DNA from: an uncultured virus (IMG/VR IMGVR_UViG_3300006621_000005)
Taxonomy: Duplodnaviria; Heunggongvirae; Uroviricota; Caudoviricetes
Virus record (IMG/VR): IMGVR_UViG_3300006621_000005
Reading direction: 5' to 3' (one strand)
Length of the DNA stretch: 64,000 nt
The notes beneath the pieces are model-generated. The model was given only the letters and a program-made list of their open reading frames with translations, made no database searches and was not told the DNA's origin. Each line of letters begins with the position of its first letter. Within the stretch, counting starts at the first letter, position 1. Made by a program: the position numbers and the translations under genes. Shown piece after piece: positions 51,644 to 60,151 of this stretch.

Positions 51644-53713
51644 ATGGCGCAATCATCCAGATATTTTAAGATAGACCAAGACATTTTACTTGAGTTTATC
51701 TACCACGACCAGGGTAATCCTGAGCCATATCGTATAGAAGTAGACGATAATGGTAGTGAAGTGATGTTCTTGGACACAGTTCAGGGAGATCCTTTCAGTA
51801 CTCGACACTTAATTAACGAGTTGGGTTCTGCTGTAGTAAACTTTGACGTAACGTCTATATCTGGTTATTTAGCTGTTGAGAACTTTGCAGCTAGAACTTT
51901 ACTTTTACAAAATGGTAAGACATATAAGTTTGATTTAAGTGCTTTACCTAATCCAGCTGATTTTGAAATTAGCGGTAACTTAGGTATTTACTCATTCTCT
52001 TCAGTAACTAATATTGCAGAATATACTCCTAACCAAAACGGTACAGTATCATATTCATATCCTGGCTTAATTGGTGGTAAAGCTGTTGTTGATACTAGAG
52101 CTAATCCACTATTTGCTTCACCAGATGAAGCAACAGGTAATGATCTTAATCAGACTATTGGTAGATACCATGCTATTAATGCACCCGGTGGTGATAAAAC
52201 TAAGTATGCATTATTAGGTTATGACTCTACCGGAGATTATGAAATGCATAATTTTATTAATAATGCAGTTGAATGGACAGGTTCTAGAGAGAATGACTTA
52301 TTAAATTATCAGACTGAAGCAACTGCGAATATTAACTATATCCAATATGATACAGTTAGACTGCACTTAAGATCTGGATTTAGTTTTTCAGCAAGAGGTT
52401 ATGAGGGCTTTCTATTCGAGATTACCACTGAAAGAAACAATGGCATTAAGAACTTTCTAACTCAGTTAGTCTACTTAAATCAAAGTAATTATGAGTTCTC
52501 AAATCCTAAACCATTTATTTTAGGTGAGACTCTATGGTCTAAGTATATTAATGTTAAAATCCCATCGTTAATTGGACAGAACCAAGAGTTCTTAGATAGA
52601 TTTTACGGTGACGGTACTCTTAATACTAGTGATGTAAATCCACTTGCTAACTACGGTATTAATTTTAAATTACTAGATAGATTAGAAACTATTGCAGGTT
52701 TCGATTATGTCTATACTGGAGAAGAAAATAAATTTACAGTTTCTAGAGAAGATGAGTATTCTGATTTTACTGTAGTTGTTGAAGATGCTGAGGACGGAGA
52801 TTACTTTAATATTTACGGAGAAAAAGACAATTCAATTTCTGGATTTGAGAGTAATATACTAAATAGAATTCAAACTAGTTCAGATGATATTGTTGTAATA
52901 TACGATATTGAAGTATTTGAACAAATAGGTACTTCTTTTATTAAAACATCAGATACTACATTTACACAATATGAAGATTTTAGCACACCTATTGTCTTTA
53001 GACCTGTAATTAAAAATGCTAATATTGCTGTTAATTTTTCTATTGATGTTACAATGAGAATTTACAACCAAACAGATAATACTCAAATTGTAAAGAAAGC
53101 AGCTTTAACAGTAAACTATCCAGCTAAATACGGTAAAAAATTATCTGCTCTTAAAATTGATAATCCAAATATATTAACTGAAGTTTACAATGTTTTACCT
53201 AGTTTAACTTCTAACAAAACGATCTCAGGTTTTATTACAGATAACTTACCAAGATCAACAAAGTACGTGCCTACATTTATTGAAAGACATAATGTAATTG
53301 CTTCTTCTGCTAAAGTAGAACTTACAGGTACTGGTAATAATGAGATGTTAAAAGAGGTTGAAGAGTTTGATACTTCTGATTTCGTTAACGAGGGAGATTT
53401 ATCAATCACAATCCCTCCTTTTTCTACATATATTAAATTTGTGATTGCAAAGAAAAGAGGTGATGATTTCGAATTAGTGTCTTTTGAAAATGCCGAGTTA
53501 GTTATTTTAACTTTTAATGATGGTAAATCTAAATTAAAGTTTAACCATGTCTATAATAAAGATATTGATATGGGTAAAGGTGAAGTCTTATTTAAGATTA
53601 ACGAACAAAATGCAAATTCAATTAGAGGTATGCAAAACCGTGATTTCTATATTAGTTTAGATAATGGTGTTGATGAATCTATGATTACTAAAGGTAAATT
53701 TACTCTTGGATAA
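51644..53713 (+). CDS. hypothetical structural protein
   Basis: 689-aa ORF in late operon. Confidence 0.7.
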   Translation: MAQSSRYFKIDQDILLEFIYHDQGNPEPYRIEVDDNGSEVMFLDTVQGDPFSTRHLINELGSAVVNFDVTSISGYLAVENFAARTLLLQNGKTYKFDLSALPNPADFEISGNLGIYSFSSVTNIAEYTPNQNGTVSYSYPGLIGGKAVVDTRANPLFASPDEATGNDLNQTIGRYHAINAPGGDKTKYALLGYDSTGDYEMHNFINNAVEWTGSRENDLLNYQTEATANINYIQYDTVRLHLRSGFSFSARGYEGFLFEITTERNNGIKNFLTQLVYLNQSNYEFSNPKPFILGETLWSKYINVKIPSLIGQNQEFLDRFYGDGTLNTSDVNPLANYGINFKLLDRLETIAGFDYVYTGEENKFTVSREDEYSDFTVVVEDAEDGDYFNIYGEKDNSISGFESNILNRIQTSSDDIVVIYDIEVFEQIGTSFIKTSDTTFTQYEDFSTPIVFRPVIKNANIAVNFSIDVTMRIYNQTDNTQIVKKAALTVNYPAKYGKKLSALKIDNPNILTEVYNVLPSLTSNKTISGFITDNLPRSTKYVPTFIERHNVIASSAKVELTGTGNNEMLKEVEEFDTSDFVNEGDLSITIPPFSTYIKFVIAKKRGDDFELVSFENAELVILTFNDGKSKLKFNHVYNKDIDMGKGEVLFKINEQNANSIRGMQNRDFYISLDNGVDESMITKGKFTLG

Positions 53714-54264
53714 TGATTTTAAATAGTAGAAATAACGCATACGATTTTAGATTTCCTAGAAAGTTTATTCCAGAGGAAGTTGTAGATAAGTACAAAAAGT
53801 ATTTAAATAGAATTCCAGGTGGTCTGTTAGCAGAGCCAGTGGATTTTGTTAATTATTCTATTCAGGGAATTAATATTCCTGGTATTACGTTTGACCCAAT
53901 TACTCAAGCAGATAATGATGGTACAACTAGATACCACAGAGGTGCAGTCCCAATCCAAAATACAATAACAAGAGAGTTTACAGTTACTTTCCAGTTATTA
54001 GATGGTTTTATTAACTATTGGATTATGATGGACACTCTATTATTCTACTATGCAAGGACTACTAAAGAGCCTTATATCGAACCATTTACTTTAAGGATTC
54101 TAGATGCAGAAGGTAGTTCTGTTGCTTTTATGAAATTTGAAAAAATAATACTAAACTCTATTAATGAGTTAAATCTAAATATGGCAGAAAATGTAGCAGA
54201 TTTTTCTACGTTTGAGTGTACTTTTGTTTACAATAAGATGAGCCTAGATTTAGAAATAGATTAA
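53713..54264 (+). CDS. tail-tube-fold protein (gp3 terminator/gp19-like)
   Basis: YSIQGINIPGITF, FTVTFQLLDGFINYWIM, LRILD, F.TFECTFVY pattern. Confidence 0.65.
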   Translation: MILNSRNNAYDFRFPRKFIPEEVVDKYKKYLNRIPGGLLAEPVDFVNYSIQGINIPGITFDPITQADNDGTTRYHRGAVPIQNTITREFTVTFQLLDGFINYWIMMDTLLFYYARTTKEPYIEPFTLRILDAEGSSVAFMKFEKIILNSINELNLNMAENVADFSTFECTFVYNKMSLDLEID

Positions 54265-54266
54265 AC

Positions 54267-54274
54267 GATATATA
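54267..54274 (+). promoter_or_regulatory. GATATATA putative late promoter
   Basis: 12 nt before ATG 54279. Confidence 0.7.
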
Positions 54275-54278
54275 CATT

Positions 54279-54650
54279 ATGAAAACATTTAATGATTACT
54301 TAGTTGAACAACAACTCACAGAAACTGATATGGCTCTATTAACAGAAGGCCTTCAGTCTGAGTGGACTCCTGAATTAGAGGAAAAAGTTGACCAAGCTCT
54401 AGAAGAGTTTGTAAAACAATACTTAAATGAAGAGACTGGTGAATTTGATTTAGACCGATTAGAAGAAGACCTAGTTGAAGAGGGTCTTTTAGGTTCTATT
54501 ATCGGTGGTTTAACTGGTTTTGCTTTAGGAAAATCTATCGGTAAGATGTTAGCTAAAGTACTAGGTATTCAAAAAGGTATATTCTACGATCTATTAACCT
54601 CCAGATTAGTCGGTGCCGCTCTTGGCGCTGCGATGGGTAAAAGATTCTAA
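54279..54650 (+). CDS. putative capsid-internal protein with acidic N-half and Gly-zipper hydrophobic C-half
   Basis: MKTFNDYLVE leader; LVEE-GLLGSIIGGLTGFALG...LVGAALGAAMG. Confidence 0.7.
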   Translation: MKTFNDYLVEQQLTETDMALLTEGLQSEWTPELEEKVDQALEEFVKQYLNEETGEFDLDRLEEDLVEEGLLGSIIGGLTGFALGKSIGKMLAKVLGIQKGIFYDLLTSRLVGAALGAAMGKRF

Positions 54651-54651
54651 T

Positions 54652-55323
54652 TTGAATTTAGTTACTGTTGACTTCTCGCTTAATTCCCCTGGTATCTGTG
54701 TCTGGCAATCTGACACAAATGAATATCAATTTATCTCCTATATTAAAGCTGGCTCTGGCACAAAGGCCGAGCAGAAACGTCAAGAAGAAATAAGTACTTT
54801 TTCTGATGTGACTCTAGTCCATCAGCCAGATTGGAAATCTTCAGTTGGAGATTACTCTAAGAACGAGTTCGCAAAAATCAAGAGATACATTAAGACAGCC
54901 GATGATATTATTAACCTAATCGTCAATATAACTCAGACGAAACAAGATTATCATATTGCATTCGAAGGTACGTCGTATGGTTCTAAGATGGGAACTAATA
55001 ACATGATTGACATGGCAGCAGGAGCTGCAATCCTTAAAGAACAAATGATAAGTCAACTCGAGGTCAAAAATTTACTGACCGTTGCACCTACCACAATTAA
55101 GAAACATGCTGGTAAAGGGAATATGAATAAGTTAGCTCTTTGGCAAGCCTTTTTAAATAATGTATGTGAGAGTGATGAGTTAGCTAGCTCTCCATTGTTT
55201 GCTTACTGTCAGAAAGAAATTGGTGAGGTTAAGAAAGTTCCGAAACCATTTGATGACCTAGTCGATGCCTGGTTCCTTAATCATTATTTGCTTCAGCAAC
55301 TTGGGGAAAATTTGCCAGACTAA
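54652..55323 (+). CDS. RuvC-like Holliday junction resolvase (RNase H fold); TTG start likely
   Basis: VDFSLNSPGICV, IAFEG.SYGS, APTTIKKHAGKGNMNK, DDLVDAW. Confidence 0.8.
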   Translation: MNLVTVDFSLNSPGICVWQSDTNEYQFISYIKAGSGTKAEQKRQEEISTFSDVTLVHQPDWKSSVGDYSKNEFAKIKRYIKTADDIINLIVNITQTKQDYHIAFEGTSYGSKMGTNNMIDMAAGAAILKEQMISQLEVKNLLTVAPTTIKKHAGKGNMNKLALWQAFLNNVCESDELASSPLFAYCQKEIGEVKKVPKPFDDLVDAWFLNHYLLQQLGENLPD

Positions 55324-55360
55324 CCAAGTCTGCTTCAAACCGCGGGACTCCAAAACTGTC

Positions 55361-55396
55361 CTAATCTCTGCCTTCAGCCTAGTCTCTGCCCTCAGC
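55361..55396. repeat. 18-bp tandem duplication in non-coding DNA
   Basis: CTAATCTCTGCCTTCAGC / CTAGTCTCTGCCCTCAGC (16/18). Confidence 0.85.
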
Positions 55397-55409
55397 CCTG
55401 GAATGGTAC

Positions 55410-55595
55410 TTATCTTTCTTTGGCCTTAAAGACATGCCTTATATGCGACTTCCCAGAAAAGGTTTCAATTTTATTCAACTTTTTTTCAAGCCTTAGTTCT
55501 TCAGCTATTTCAAGCCGTTTCCATTCACGCCTTTCCCACTCCATTTCATAGCGTTGACGTGATTGCATTTCCCAAGGTCTGTGGTCCCAAGACAT
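55410..55595 (-). CDS. small charged hypothetical protein
   Basis: 61-aa ORF; GGAGG-like sequence upstream. Confidence 0.55.
   Translation of the reverse strand: MSWDHRPWEMQSRQRYEMEWERREWKRLEIAEELRLEKKLNKIETFSGKSHIRHVFKAKER
55439..55466 (-). promoter_or_regulatory. GAAAC-N18-TATAA putative middle promoter
   Basis: Minus strand GAAAC CTTTTCTGGGAAGTCGCA TATAA. Confidence 0.55.
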
Positions 55596-55633
55596 AGGAC
55601 ACCTCCTGTAATTTTAGTTGATGTTTGGTAAGA

Positions 55634-56614
55634 TTATTGTGCTGCTTTTTTAGCAGTTCTATCTATATTAAAGATTCCGAAGTTATTTTCATGGTCGTTT
55701 GCATCCCATTCACATTTCCATGACTCATCGAATGCTGAAAATAAACAAACAGAAATATTATTATCTCTTCCCCATTTTGAGATAGCAGTATAATACGCAG
55801 CCTGGTTTTCTTCGTTAGAGATACTAGATAAGAAATTTGATGCCTTACTTGCCCAGCCAGTTTCACCTATATGTACAGCTTTATCAACACCAATACTATT
55901 TAGATATTCTTTTACTTTCATAAAACGATCTACTGCAGTTCCAAGTGTGTATTGTACTACATCTGTATTTTCTGGTAGGGTTTCAATAGTAATATAAGGA
56001 TATACATGTACTGAAATATAATCTACAGCATTAATTAATTCTTTAAGATCTTCTGTTTGATAACGTTCATCTCCTCCCCATGCAGCATAGTTATCAGAAC
56101 TTGTAATCCATAAATCAGAATCTAAATCACCACTATCTATAAATGTTCTTAAAACCTTAACCCATGTTAGAATTTCTTTTGGTTGAACAAAATTCCAATG
56201 AGCCCAATGTACTCTAGCCTCGTTTCCTACAGATATTATTTTTACTATATCTGAATATTCACGAGCAAGAGAAATTGCAGCATCAATTTCAGCACAATTT
56301 TTTTCGGAGTTTCCTCTATCATGATTTTTATGTTCAGTCCATGCATTATGACACTCTATCCATGTACCTAACATTACATACATTTCGAAGTTTTCATCTG
56401 CTGCTTTTAGCTCTCTAATAGATTTAAGTACATTTGAAGCAAACTCATGTTGAAGGTCATAAGTCTTTACGACTTTATACCCACGTCCCGCAAGTAATTG
56501 TAGATCTTCTTTGATCTGTTCTATAGTTGGTTCCGTGTCTCTAGAATTACCTCTAAATCCACTATATGCGATCATCGGGTAATTTGCGTTGCCTAATATT
56601 TGATTAGCTGTCAT
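55634..56614 (-). CDS. glycoside hydrolase family 17 (beta-1,3-glucanase/laminarinase-like)
   Basis: IAYSGFR, ISVGNEA (acid/base Glu), DYISVHVYPY, HIGETGWAS (nucleophile Glu), FSAFDESWK, ENNFGIF. Confidence 0.9.
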   Translation of the reverse strand: MTANQILGNANYPMIAYSGFRGNSRDTEPTIEQIKEDLQLLAGRGYKVVKTYDLQHEFASNVLKSIRELKAADENFEMYVMLGTWIECHNAWTEHKNHDRGNSEKNCAEIDAAISLAREYSDIVKIISVGNEARVHWAHWNFVQPKEILTWVKVLRTFIDSGDLDSDLWITSSDNYAAWGGDERYQTEDLKELINAVDYISVHVYPYITIETLPENTDVVQYTLGTAVDRFMKVKEYLNSIGVDKAVHIGETGWASKASNFLSSISNEENQAAYYTAISKWGRDNNISVCLFSAFDESWKCEWDANDHENNFGIFNIDRTAKKAAQ

Positions 56615-56641
56615 TTCTATATAATTTGTTTATCTATATAC

Positions 56642-56649
56642 TATATATC
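56642..56649 (-). promoter_or_regulatory. GATATATA putative late promoter (minus strand)
   Basis: Plus-strand TATATATC, oriented toward the GH17 start at 56614. Confidence 0.65.
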
Positions 56650-56658
56650 CAGCTAATT

Positions 56659-56799
56659 TTACAGCATTTTGAGTCTCTCAGGGATAACGACAGTGAAGTT
56701 ACAAGTATCACAACATTTACCCTCTTCTTTAACGGGAGCAGGGTTATGTCCCCACTCGTCCAAGATTTCTCCGTTACAAATTACACAATTATCTTCCAT
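56659..56799 (-). CDS. small zinc-finger-like protein (46 aa)
   Basis: MEDNCVIC...GHNPAP....CCDTCN..VVIP.R. Confidence 0.75.
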   Translation of the reverse strand: MEDNCVICNGEILDEWGHNPAPVKEEGKCCDTCNFTVVIPERLKML

Positions 56800-56800
56800 A

Positions 56801-57094
56801 TTAACAGTATGACTTAATTCTTTCCATATCCTCTTTGATTTTTGCAGTCTCTTTGGCAAAATATTCAGACTTAGGATATTTAAAGCCTAGCCAAAGCATA
56901 TCGATATTGATTGGACCTGCTCCACCAATCTCGCTGTCAATGTACTCACAGAACGCGTAGAGCTCGTCTGCTTCATCGACATATAAACTCTCTTCGATGT
57001 AACAATAACCCTCTAGAAAACTTCCAGTGGTTCGTGCCCCCATCAAAAGGAGGTCTTTGTTCCTTGAACTTAGATATTCGATAATATTTTCCAT
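56801..57094 (-). CDS. hypothetical protein (putative early gene)
   Basis: 97-aa ORF directly downstream of repeat copy 2. Confidence 0.7.
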   Translation of the reverse strand: MENIIEYLSSRNKDLLLMGARTTGSFLEGYCYIEESLYVDEADELYAFCEYIDSEIGGAGPINIDMLWLGFKYPKSEYFAKETAKIKEDMERIKSYC

Positions 57095-57105
57095 ATATTC
57101 CTTTG

Positions 57106-57152
57106 TTTAATTACAGTACTAATATACGAAAAATTACTGACATAAAAAAATT
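57106..57152 (-). promoter_or_regulatory. 47-bp repeat, putative host-RNAP early promoter (copy 2)
   Basis: 45/47 identical to 24741-24787, same orientation relative to a minus-strand start. Confidence 0.75.
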
Positions 57153-57194
57153 TTGAGGCAACTATTTTGCAAAAAGTTATTAACATATTATGCA

Positions 57195-57221
57195 GAAACA
57201 AATCTAAATTTAGATATATAA
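57195..57221 (+). promoter_or_regulatory. composite GAAAC-N17-TATAA / GATATATA promoter with 14-bp palindrome
   Basis: GAAAC 57195, ATCTAAATTTAGAT 57202-57215, GATATATA 57213-57220. Confidence 0.65.
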
Positions 57222-57250
57222 TATGTATAATAAACAAAAGTACGATTGAC

Positions 57251-57445
57251 ATGTTGATAACAGCGGACTACTTCCGTCTCAATGAGATTCTCAAAAAAAT
57301 GGTGGAAGCCAACGCAATCACTTCGCAAGAACGTGAGGAGTTGCTACACAAATCAGGGCTGATTAAGCAAGAGGACGGGACATGGAAGGAATTGCCTGCA
57401 GACCCAAGGTCTGGGCACGGTCAAGCTATTTTAACACTAGATTGA
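57251..57445 (+). CDS. small hypothetical protein (64 aa)
   Basis: ATG 57251 downstream of composite promoter. Confidence 0.6.
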   Translation: MLITADYFRLNEILKKMVEANAITSQEREELLHKSGLIKQEDGTWKELPADPRSGHGQAILTLD

Positions 57446-57471
57446 AACTATTGTATATTGTACAACTATAA
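57444..57471 (+). promoter_or_regulatory. GAAAC-N18-TATAA putative middle promoter
   Basis: Upstream of the SSB-primase-UvsY-UvsW operon. Confidence 0.65.
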
Positions 57472-57533
57472 GGAACTGAAAGAACATTAAAGTAATTTCA
57501 AAGTAATAAACATTTTAAACAATTTTAAGTATT

Positions 57534-58460
57534 ATGAGTGATTCATTTGACATTTTTAATCTTGGCGTAGAAGACGTAGAAACGCATCAGCCAGAAAGAA
57601 CAACCGTAAACGAAGTTTACAAACCAACCGCCGATGACGGCAAAGACGGAACTTACAAAGCACTAGTGCGTTTTGTTCCAAACCCAGAGAACCCAAGAAA
57701 ATCTCTGATTCAAAAGTACGTACACTGGTTAACTAACTCTAATGGAGATGGAAAACTAGTGGACTCTCCACAGACTATTGGCGAGCACTGTCCAATTGCA
57801 GATGTATTCTGGAAATTGAGAAAGTCAGATTCAGCAGTAGACAGAAAGTCTTCTGAGAAACTAAAGAGACGCCAACAGTATTATTCTCTTATCAAAATTA
57901 TTAAAGATCCACAAAACCCAGAACTAGAGGGTACTTACAAAGTATTCAAGTTTGGTTACAAGATCAAAGAGAAAATCGACTCAGAATTGAAGCCTGATTT
58001 CGGTGAGCCAACACAAGTATTCGACCTTTTCGAAGGTAAGAACTTTGAGTTAGTTATCACAAGACAAGGTGAATATAATAACTATGATAAGTCGAAATTC
58101 TCAGCTAACAAATCAGCTATCGTAATGGGAGACACTCCAGCGGAAAGATCTCAAGAAACTATGACGGCGATTAAAGCAGAACTAGAAGGCGCTCCTTCAC
58201 TTGCAGGCTATGACTATAAAGCTTGGGATGAAGACACAAGAGCATTCGTAAATAACGTTCTAAGAATGTATCTAAATCCAGGTGATTCTATCGCAGAGGT
58301 AACTTCAACTCCGGCTACAAAATCTGCTCCAAAGGCAGAGCCACAGAGAGAAGCAACTCCAGTAGCTGCTGCAACAGCAACAGCAACTAAGACTGAAGAA
58401 CCAGCGAAGGCAAACACGGATGATGATTTAGATTCTTTCTTGAATGACCTCAACCTCTAA
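57534..58460 (+). CDS. gp32: single-stranded DNA-binding protein (T4 gp32-like)
   Basis: ALVRFVP, CPI, IKDPQNPELEG..KVFKFG.KI, FDLFEGKNF.L, NYDKSKF, acidic tail DDDLDSFLNDL. Confidence 0.92.
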   Translation: MSDSFDIFNLGVEDVETHQPERTTVNEVYKPTADDGKDGTYKALVRFVPNPENPRKSLIQKYVHWLTNSNGDGKLVDSPQTIGEHCPIADVFWKLRKSDSAVDRKSSEKLKRRQQYYSLIKIIKDPQNPELEGTYKVFKFGYKIKEKIDSELKPDFGEPTQVFDLFEGKNFELVITRQGEYNNYDKSKFSANKSAIVMGDTPAERSQETMTAIKAELEGAPSLAGYDYKAWDEDTRAFVNNVLRMYLNPGDSIAEVTSTPATKSAPKAEPQREATPVAAATATATKTEEPAKANTDDDLDSFLNDLNL

Positions 58461-59520
58461 TATACAAATAACAGAGGAGCTTAAGAGTAGAATAAAAAAA
58501 GCACTTAAACAAGTTTGTGTAGAACAACATTCCACTCCTAACAAGCAACTACTTAAAGACATGCCAGGGCGTATAACCCTGGCGTGTCCTTATTGTGGTG
58601 ACTCCCATGAAGATGATACCAAGAAGAGAGGTAACATGTATTGGGACACTTTACAGTATCATTGCTACAACTGTTCACACCACACCAATTTACACTCGTT
58701 CTTAAAAGACCACCAAGTGAGAATGCCTAACTCAGGTGACTCATTTACTATTATTGACTATATTAAAGCCAATAAGACTCAGGTCAGCCAAGAACAGGTA
58801 TTACAAAACGCATCACTTGCTAGCGTCCAAGAGAAGGCACTAACTGTAGCAGAATTCAAACAGATATTCGGCGCTAAAGAAATTGAACCAGGAGACTGGA
58901 TATGGTTCCAGCTTAAAGATAGGCTATTACACAATAAAGCTGATGAGTTCTTATTTTCCCCTAAAGGTAATCGCCTTTGGATTTTAAATAAGGGAATGGA
59001 AGGTAAAATTATCGGCGCACAATCCAGACGAATGAAAGGCTATGGGTCCAGGTATTTGACCTATGATCTACCTAAACTCTATGAAGAGTGGAATAAACCA
59101 CTTGAGTTACCACAAGAGGAATTAAATAAACTTGCAAAGGCATCAACACTATTTGGAATTATGCAGGTTAATTTCCAACAGCCAGTAACTCTATTCGAGG
59201 GACCACTCGACGCAAAGTTTATGCACAACTCATTAGCATTGGCCACTGCCGGTCGATCGACAGAAGAATTTGATGAGATGGCAACAGTACGTTATATGTT
59301 TGATAACGATACTACAGGTAAAAAGAAAATGGCAGAGAAGCTAAAGAAGGGCAGACCAGTATTTATGTGGTCTAAATTTCTAACAGATTTTAAGCTAGAT
59401 ACATATAATATCAAGGACCTAAACGACTTGGTGAAAGTATGTTACCAGCAAAAATCAACAGCATGGAAACAAATTGAAAAGTATTTCACATCAAGCGAAT
59501 TAGATCTATGGTACGTATAG
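58444..59520 (+). CDS. gp61: DNA primase (T4 gp61-like)
   Basis: Zn ribbon CPYCGDS...HCYNC; TOPRIM FEGPLDA, FDND, KDLND. Confidence 0.9.
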   Translation: MTSTSNIQITEELKSRIKKALKQVCVEQHSTPNKQLLKDMPGRITLACPYCGDSHEDDTKKRGNMYWDTLQYHCYNCSHHTNLHSFLKDHQVRMPNSGDSFTIIDYIKANKTQVSQEQVLQNASLASVQEKALTVAEFKQIFGAKEIEPGDWIWFQLKDRLLHNKADEFLFSPKGNRLWILNKGMEGKIIGAQSRRMKGYGSRYLTYDLPKLYEEWNKPLELPQEELNKLAKASTLFGIMQVNFQQPVTLFEGPLDAKFMHNSLALATAGRSTEEFDEMATVRYMFDNDTTGKKKMAEKLKKGRPVFMWSKFLTDFKLDTYNIKDLNDLVKVCYQQKSTAWKQIEKYFTSSELDLWYV

Positions 59521-59717
59521 AAGAAATGGAAGATAAATTAGAAGACTTTTTTAAGGACTCCGAAAGATTTAAGGGCAACAAACTCATTGTGGGTTTTGAT
59601 GCTGAAGAGTTTAACGTGGAGAGCAAAGACTTTGTTGTGGAAAAACCTAAACTTAAGAAGGGCCAAAAAGCCGCTAAGTTTGTAAGGTCAAATCCAAACA
59701 AAAAGTCACTGTTCTAA
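59508..59717 (+). CDS. small hypothetical protein
   Basis: 69-aa ORF between primase and uvsY-like gene. Confidence 0.6.
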   Translation: MVRIEEMEDKLEDFFKDSERFKGNKLIVGFDAEEFNVESKDFVVEKPKLKKGQKAAKFVRSNPNKKSLF

Positions 59718-59727
59718 TATAACTAAT

Positions 59728-60150
59728 ATGAGTAAAGAAAAGATTCAGGCACTAGACCAAAAGTTGAGTGCTCAAAGACAACAGTGGTCTGATACTATTA
59801 GAGCCTTAGCGAAAGGCCTTAAGAAAGTAGATGGAATGGAAGAGGTGATAGCCAACGTATTATCATCAAGACAAACCTGTGTAGACCAAATTGCATACCT
59901 AAACGTAAAGATAAAAGAACAAAAGATTGCGGTCTCTACTAGATATAGAGAAGCGTATATCCGCTACTATAATTATGACTATAAATTAGGTGAAAAGGTA
60001 AAAGAAAAGTTTTTAGAAAACGATATGGCAGATGAGAACATGGTATTGTCTCATTTAGAAAATCAATTAGAGTTTTTTAGAGATTCTGTAAAGACCCTAG
60101 ATAATATGGGTTTTGCAATAAGAAATAGATTGTCCCTAAACGGACTATAA
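59728..60150 (+). CDS. uvsY: recombination mediator UvsY-like
   Basis: 140-aa helical protein ending LDNMGFAIRN, immediately before uvsW as in T4-like phages. Confidence 0.7.
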   Translation: MSKEKIQALDQKLSAQRQQWSDTIRALAKGLKKVDGMEEVIANVLSSRQTCVDQIAYLNVKIKEQKIAVSTRYREAYIRYYNYDYKLGEKVKEKFLENDMADENMVLSHLENQLEFFRDSVKTLDNMGFAIRNRLSLNGL

Positions 60151-60151
60151 A

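Noticed and set aside
55270..55400. tmRNA or tRNA on the minus strand (GGGCTGA start)
   Set aside because: No T-arm TTCGA or acceptor-stem/CCA end and no ALAA-type tag; no tRNA cloverleaf was recognised anywhere in the window by eye
24741..57152. 47-bp direct repeats as att sites or transposon ends flanking a 32-kb element
   Set aside because: They enclose core structural genes, no recombinase is present, and both sit at promoter distance from start codons
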